Below, in pieces: positions 59,082 through 64,000 of a stretch of 64,000 nucleotides of DNA. This DNA is from Methanobrevibacter thaueri (GTDB lineage: Archaea; Methanobacteriota; Methanobacteria; Methanobacteriales; Methanobacteriaceae), in assembly GCF_015062915.1 (NCBI RefSeq), contig NZ_SUTJ01000003.1:33525-97524 (forward strand), in the 5' to 3' direction. The notes below the pieces were generated by a model. That model was given only the letters and a program-made list of their open reading frames with translations, was not told the DNA's origin and searched no databases. Every line of letters starts with the position of its first letter. The stretch's first letter is position 1. The position numbers were made by a program, and so were the translations under genes.

Positions 59082-59489
59082 ATGGTAGAAGTTTCAAAAT
59101 TACGCAGTTTAGATATTTATACCAACACAGGACATTATGTTGGTCGTGTAGAAGATGTTATTCTTAACATCAGGTTAGGAACTATTTCAAAATTACAAGT
59201 AAGGGCTATTGAGCAACAACCAAAACCAGCAGGCCTTTCAAGATCATTCATGGGCATGCTTCGTGGGGAAACTCCAGAAGAAAATGAAATGAGATCCTTC
59301 CAAAGCGACTTGTTGACCGTCGACTTTGACAAGGTTCAAGCTATTGGAGACATAATGTTAATCAACCCTAGGGATATTAAAAAAGTAAATCCTGAACCAC
59401 AAATCCCTGAAGTGACAACTCCAAAACCAGAAACCCCACAACAACCACAAGTTGAAACTCAAAGTCAGTTTGATGCAGAAAGATTATAA
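59082..59489 (+). CDS. PRC-barrel protein with P/Q-rich tail (possible CdpB-like division protein)
   Basis: DIYTNTGHYVGRVEDVIL...VQAIGDIMLI. Confidence 0.82.
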   Translation: MVEVSKLRSLDIYTNTGHYVGRVEDVILNIRLGTISKLQVRAIEQQPKPAGLSRSFMGMLRGETPEENEMRSFQSDLLTVDFDKVQAIGDIMLINPRDIKKVNPEPQIPEVTTPKPETPQQPQVETQSQFDAERL

Positions 59490-59539
59490 GCAATCTTTCT
59501 TTAATTCTTTTTTTTAATAACTTTTTTTCGCGTGATACT

Positions 59540-60304
59540 ATGAAAGTAGGTATTATAGGCTGTGGAGCCATTGCTAATATTATTACAACAAGTATTGTTC
59601 AAGAACAAAATGAAATCGATATAGCATACTTTTTCGATAAGGATATTGAAAGGGCAGAAAATCTGGCAAGCTTAGCCGGAGGAGTGGCGGTGCTTGACTT
59701 TGATGACATGTTGGGCAATGTGGACTTGATTCTGGAATGTGCTGCTCCCGCTTCCGTAAAGGAATATGCTCCAAAGGTTTTAGGGAATGGATGCGACATG
59801 ATTGTGATGAGCATCGGTGCATTCATGGACATGGACTTCTATTATGAAATGGAAAAACTTGCAAAGGAGAACAATGCAAAAATACACCTTCCATCAGGAG
59901 CCATCGTCGGTTTGGATGGAATCAAGGCAGTGGCAAAATTCGGTCTTAAGGAAGTGAATCTTGTTACAAGAAAATCACCGAAATCCCTTGGAAAGGAAAT
60001 TGACACTGAAGAAGTGTTGTTTGAGGGCAAGGCATCAGATGCGGTAAAGGAATTCCCATTGAACATTAATGTTGCAGCAACCATAAGCATTGCATGTCAA
60101 AGAGATATTGACGTTAAGATTATCGTGGACCCGAAAGTTGACAGGAATGTCCATGAGATAACTGCCAAGGGAGACTTTGGTGAATTTAAAACAACCACCA
60201 TGAACTATCCGTGTGCAGCCAATCCGAAAACAAGCATGTTGGCAGCACTTTCAGCAATAAGATTGCTTAAAAGTTTCAATGAGACAATTTGTGTGGGTAT
60301 GTAA
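59540..60304 (+). CDS. nadX: L-aspartate dehydrogenase
   Basis: GIIGCGAIA, ECAAP, MSIGA, PSGAIVGLD, FPLNINVAAT and NPKTSMLAALS. Confidence 0.93.
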   Translation: MKVGIIGCGAIANIITTSIVQEQNEIDIAYFFDKDIERAENLASLAGGVAVLDFDDMLGNVDLILECAAPASVKEYAPKVLGNGCDMIVMSIGAFMDMDFYYEMEKLAKENNAKIHLPSGAIVGLDGIKAVAKFGLKEVNLVTRKSPKSLGKEIDTEEVLFEGKASDAVKEFPLNINVAATISIACQRDIDVKIIVDPKVDRNVHEITAKGDFGEFKTTTMNYPCAANPKTSMLAALSAIRLLKSFNETICVGM

Positions 60305-61017
60305 TGAAGGATTACGAAGTTTATTCATCTTTGAAGGTTCCGAAAAACTCAAAAATCATCGTTCGCCTAGATGGAAGAAGTTTTCATAAGCTGGCAAGTG
60401 ATTTGAAATTGACAAAGCCCTATGATGAGAATTTCTACAGGGTCATGGCTGATGTGTGCAATGACTTGTTCAACGAGTTTTCAGCAAGTTTTGTTTACAC
60501 TTTCTCTGATGAGATAAGCTTACTTTTAGAAAATATTCCTTTTGACGGCAGGGTTGAAAAGATAAATTCAGTAATTGCCAGTTTTGCATCCAGTTCCTTT
60601 GTGATGCACTATGATGCTGATTTTAAAAAGCCCCCTGCATTCGACTCAAGAATCATTCCAGTTTCTGATGAGGATATACTTAAATATTTCAGATGGAGGC
60701 AGGATGAGTCCTGGAGGAACTGCGTCAATTCCCATGGAATTTCCCACCTCAAATCCAAGTATTCAAATTCTCAGGCAAATGATATAATAAAAGGCATGAA
60801 ACTAAATGAGGTGCACGAATTATTGTTCAATGATGGCATTAACTTGAATGATGTTGAGACCTATAAAAAAAGAGGAATAGGAATATATAGGAAACAGAAA
60901 AAAGTAGTGGGTTTCAATAAGAAAGAAAACAGAAACCAGACATCATACAGAAGCTATGTCTACACTGACTGGGAACTTCCAAAATTCAGCGATGAATTCT
61001 TTGAGGAGATAGAATGA
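60304..61017 (+). CDS. thg1: tRNA(His) guanylyltransferase Thg1/TLP
   Basis: RLDGRSFH, KPYD, YTFSDEISL, FDSR and WRQDESWRN. ATG 60304 overlaps the nadX stop (TAATG). Confidence 0.92.
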   Translation: MKDYEVYSSLKVPKNSKIIVRLDGRSFHKLASDLKLTKPYDENFYRVMADVCNDLFNEFSASFVYTFSDEISLLLENIPFDGRVEKINSVIASFASSSFVMHYDADFKKPPAFDSRIIPVSDEDILKYFRWRQDESWRNCVNSHGISHLKSKYSNSQANDIIKGMKLNEVHELLFNDGINLNDVETYKKRGIGIYRKQKKVVGFNKKENRNQTSYRSYVYTDWELPKFSDEFFEEIE

Positions 61018-61736
61018 GTTTCATTTCAAAATTGTTTAATAAAAATGATGAGGAGTTCAGCGAGGTTCGAGTCGACCGTGAAGTTCTTGAATCCGTAATA
61101 TACTATTCAAAAAAATCATATCCTAACGAGTTTCTAGCATTCTTTGACGGTGAGATAAAGGACAAGATACTCTACATTACAGGTTTGATATTTCTTCCGG
61201 GAGAAACCTGTGAAACAGGTGCTGTCGTTCACACAGAACTGCTTCCGATGAACACAAAATACATGGGCTCCGTCCACTCACACCCAGGACCAAGTGCAAG
61301 CCCATCCAGTGCCGACTTGAAGACATTTTCAAAAAACGGGTATTTCCACATGATTGTTTGTCTTCCGTATTCCCTTGAAACTTTCAAATCCTATGACCGT
61401 TACGGCGATCATATGCCCTACACAATCGGTGACTATTCCTATCTTAATGAGAATAACCCTGATGATTTTTTCGATGAAAATGATGTTGTAACCGATGATG
61501 ATGAGTTCAAGCCAGGATTTTTCGATGAGGATGATGATGAATTCTTCCAGACACTTGATGAGGAACGCGTTGACCGTTATGGTGAATATGAACGCCAACA
61601 CCAGCCAAGAGTAATTTCAAACACTCAGATTCCTAATCAGGTCAATATCATATCAAACACTCAAATGCCTCAGCAGAAGGTCATTAGAATTGAGTTGAAT
61701 CCGGATGGCAGTGTTAAAAAAATAAGTAAAAAATAA
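61014..61736 (+). CDS. JAMM/MPN+ metalloprotease with acidic C-terminal extension
   Basis: PNEFL and HSHPGPSASPSSAD (intact JAMM motif); ATGA overlap with thg1. Confidence 0.88.
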   Translation: MSFISKLFNKNDEEFSEVRVDREVLESVIYYSKKSYPNEFLAFFDGEIKDKILYITGLIFLPGETCETGAVVHTELLPMNTKYMGSVHSHPGPSASPSSADLKTFSKNGYFHMIVCLPYSLETFKSYDRYGDHMPYTIGDYSYLNENNPDDFFDENDVVTDDDEFKPGFFDEDDDEFFQTLDEERVDRYGEYERQHQPRVISNTQIPNQVNIISNTQMPQQKVIRIELNPDGSVKKISKK

Positions 61737-61762
61737 AAAACAATTATGGTGAAAATTGTTTT

Positions 61763-63337
61763 TTATAATTCTAATCCAATAGCTTCATAAACATTATCTA
61801 AAGCTTGGATTTCTTTAATAACGTCTTTTGGAATTTCTTTATCTAAAGTTAGAACCATGATGGCTCTTCCACCTTTTTCATCTCTTCCAACTTGCATGAT
61901 TCCAATGTTGACGCCATGTTCTCCTAATTTTGTTCCGATTTTACCGATGCTTCCAGGGACATCTTCATATTTTGCAATGAACATATGTCCTTCAGGAATA
62001 ACATCCACCCAGTAACCGTTTACTTTTAGGATTCTTGCTTCGTGCAGGTGAGTACCTTCAGCTGAGAAGGTGTCCTTTTCACTTTTTGCAATAACTTTAA
62101 TCAATGAATCGTATCCTTTTGCGTTGTCTTTTCTGCCTTCAGTAATGCTGATTCCTCTGTCTTTTGCAACAAGAGCTGCGTTAACTGCATTTACTGGTGA
62201 GCTTAAGAATGGGTTGACAGCGCCTTGGATAACTGTTCTGGTTAAAATTTCAAGGTTGTCTATTTCTGCTAATTCCCCACTGTAGACGATTTCGATTTCT
62301 TGGATTTTACCGTTTACAGCTTGGGAGATGAAACTACCTAATTTTTCACATAATTCCATGTATGGAGCTAATTCCTGGTAGGTATTGTTGTCGATACGTG
62401 GCATGTTCAATACGTTTTTAGGATTGTTTCCTTTAGCAAGATCGATGATTTCATCAGCTACGATAATTGCGGCATCCCTTTGAGCTTCTTTTGTTGAAGC
62501 TGCAATGTGAGGGGTTAAAACGATATTGTCTAATTCGAATAATTTTGAGTCTTGTGCTGGTGGTTCCTCTTCGTATACATCTAATGCGGCACCACCGATT
62601 TTATTGTTCACTAATGCATCGTATAATGCGTCCTCATCAATGATTCCACCACGGGCACAGTTTACAATGTATGCTGTGTCTTTCATAAGGTCAAACTGTT
62701 CAGTTGAGATTGAATGTTTGGTTTCAGGTGTGAGAGGCACGTGGATTGTAATGAAATCGGAGTTTTTAAGCACGGTGTCAAGATCAGTCAAGTCAACGCC
62801 CATCTGTTTTGCGACTTCTTCAGGAAGGTAAGGGTCGTATGCCATTGCATCCATTCCAAATGCTTTGCATCTGTTAACCACTTGTGAACCGATTCTTCCC
62901 ATACCGATTACGCCAAGAGTTTTGTTTCTGAGTTCAACACCCATAAATTGTTTTTTCTCCCATTTGCCTTCTTTAACAGATTTATCAGCAATGGATATTT
63001 TACGGGCCATGCTTAAGATTAAACCCATGGTGTGTTCAGCCACAGTGACAGAGGTGGATTCCGGTGAGTTTACAACCATGATACCTTTTTCGGTTGCAGC
63101 GTCAAGGTCAATGTTGTCAACTCCAACACCTGCTCTTGCAATAATCTGCAGATTGTCAGCTTTTTCAATGATGTCTGCGGTTAATTTTGTCCGGCTTCTT
63201 ACAATAATTCCATTGTATTCATGGATGGTATTTGCCAATTCTTCAGGAGTGATAGTGGTGTCTACAACGACTTCAGCTACTTCCTTTAAATTTTCAATAC
63301 CTTTTTCGTTAATAGCATCAGCGATAAGTACTTTCAT
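61763..63337 (-). CDS. serA: D-3-phosphoglycerate dehydrogenase
   Basis: [38 protein letters not shown]; ASB and ACT domains. Confidence 0.96.
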   Translation of the reverse strand: MKVLIADAINEKGIENLKEVAEVVVDTTITPEELANTIHEYNGIIVRSRTKLTADIIEKADNLQIIARAGVGVDNIDLDAATEKGIMVVNSPESTSVTVAEHTMGLILSMARKISIADKSVKEGKWEKKQFMGVELRNKTLGVIGMGRIGSQVVNRCKAFGMDAMAYDPYLPEEVAKQMGVDLTDLDTVLKNSDFITIHVPLTPETKHSISTEQFDLMKDTAYIVNCARGGIIDEDALYDALVNNKIGGAALDVYEEEPPAQDSKLFELDNIVLTPHIAASTKEAQRDAAIIVADEIIDLAKGNNPKNVLNMPRIDNNTYQELAPYMELCEKLGSFISQAVNGKIQEIEIVYSGELAEIDNLEILTRTVIQGAVNPFLSSPVNAVNAALVAKDRGISITEGRKDNAKGYDSLIKVIAKSEKDTFSAEGTHLHEARILKVNGYWVDVIPEGHMFIAKYEDVPGSIGKIGTKLGEHGVNIGIMQVGRDEKGGRAIMVLTLDKEIPKDVIKEIQALDNVYEAIGLEL

Positions 63338-63503
63338 ATTTTCACCATAATTTTTCGAATATATTTAATAATAAATATTAATTAAAATTATGTATTTTAT
63401 TATATTTAAAAGATGTTACATTTTACAGTAATTTTTTGAACGCTCTTCTTTTTTGAAAAAATATTTTAATGGCATTCAATCATAAATTTAAATTGGTGAT
63501 AAA

Positions 63504-63842
63504 ATGGTATCAGTAGAGGAATTTCCAATTTCAACAGCAAATGACATTCCAGGATTCAGGATTGTGGAAACCAAAGGGTTCATTTACGGTTTAACCGTCA
63601 GAAGCAGAGGTGCAGGGGGCCAAATAGGTGCAGGCATCAAGTCCCTTTTTGGTGGAGAAATCACCCAATACGTTAAGATGATGGAAGAGTCAAGGGAAGA
63701 GGCATTGCACAGGGCAATCGCTCATGCCAAGGAATTGGGTGCCAACGGAATTGTTGCCATCAGATTCGATTCAAATGAAATTTCTGATGTAATGCAGGAA
63801 ATTTTGGTTTACGGAACTGCTGTAGTAGTTGAAAAAGAGTAG
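63504..63842 (+). CDS. YbjQ/UPF0145 family protein
   Basis: GEITQY...SREEAL.RAI..AKELGANGIVAIRFD and YGTAV. Confidence 0.9.
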   Translation: MVSVEEFPISTANDIPGFRIVETKGFIYGLTVRSRGAGGQIGAGIKSLFGGEITQYVKMMEESREEALHRAIAHAKELGANGIVAIRFDSNEISDVMQEILVYGTAVVVEKE

Positions 63843-63847
63843 ATACA

Positions 63848-64000
63848 ATGTTTTTTGAGGATTTGAAATATAAATGTAAAGAGATACCTCAAACAATACT
63901 TGGATATGGTCCGTTCATGGCGGAACTGTATTACGGCCACAGGTCAAGGCTCTACCTGGATGACTTATATAATGACCCTCAAAACATGGCTGAAGTCATT
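63848..64000 (+). CDS. 5' part of a hypothetical protein running off the window
   Basis: ATG 5 nt after the ybjQ stop; open to the end of the window (MFFEDLKYKCKEIPQTILGYGPF...). Confidence 0.6.
   Translation, partial: MFFEDLKYKCKEIPQTILGYGPFMAELYYGHRSRLYLDDLYNDPQNMAEVI

Noticed and set aside
1-64000. tRNA, rRNA, CRISPR arrays, integrase or att sites, prophage genes
   Set aside because: None recognised on reading. tRNAscan-SE, Infernal and CRISPR finders were not run, so small RNAs could have been missed.

Overview
An AT-rich methanogenic archaeal chromosome segment, Methanobrevibacter-like (Methanobacteriales). The assignment rests on ycaO-tfuA, purP, nucS, thg1, a class III signal-peptide pilin, GGTGA/GGAGG ribosome-binding sites and TATA-type promoters. 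Most of the window is housekeeping: rlmE, purP, lhr, nucS, nadA/nadC/nadX, rnz, carAB, tfuA-ycaO, a lactaldehyde dehydrogenase, thg1, a JAMM protease and serA. An accessory stretch at about 30.8-58 kb holds trkH, a bacterial-type pyruvate kinase, and a non-autonomous IS200/IS605 element with intact TnpB, both end hairpins, an inferred TTTAT TAM and a predicted omega-RNA guide. It also holds a 2601-aa NRPS (C-half C-A-T-C-A-T-R) followed by a MATE exporter fused to an RsbW-like domain, an esterase and a CPBP protease. About 7 kb further on is a STAS / RsbW-like kinase / Sfp-PPTase operon. Also present are a Cna-B surface protein with a sortase-like tail, tandem TMEM175 channels and an atypical HEPN gene pair. 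The best lead is the NRPS system. Its A1 domain lacks the alpha-amino-binding Asp, its A2 is proline-like, it releases product reductively, and it is tied to a sigma-factor-type partner switch in an organism with no sigma factors. No rRNA, tRNA or CRISPR array was seen. All motif calls were made by eye; no database searches were run.
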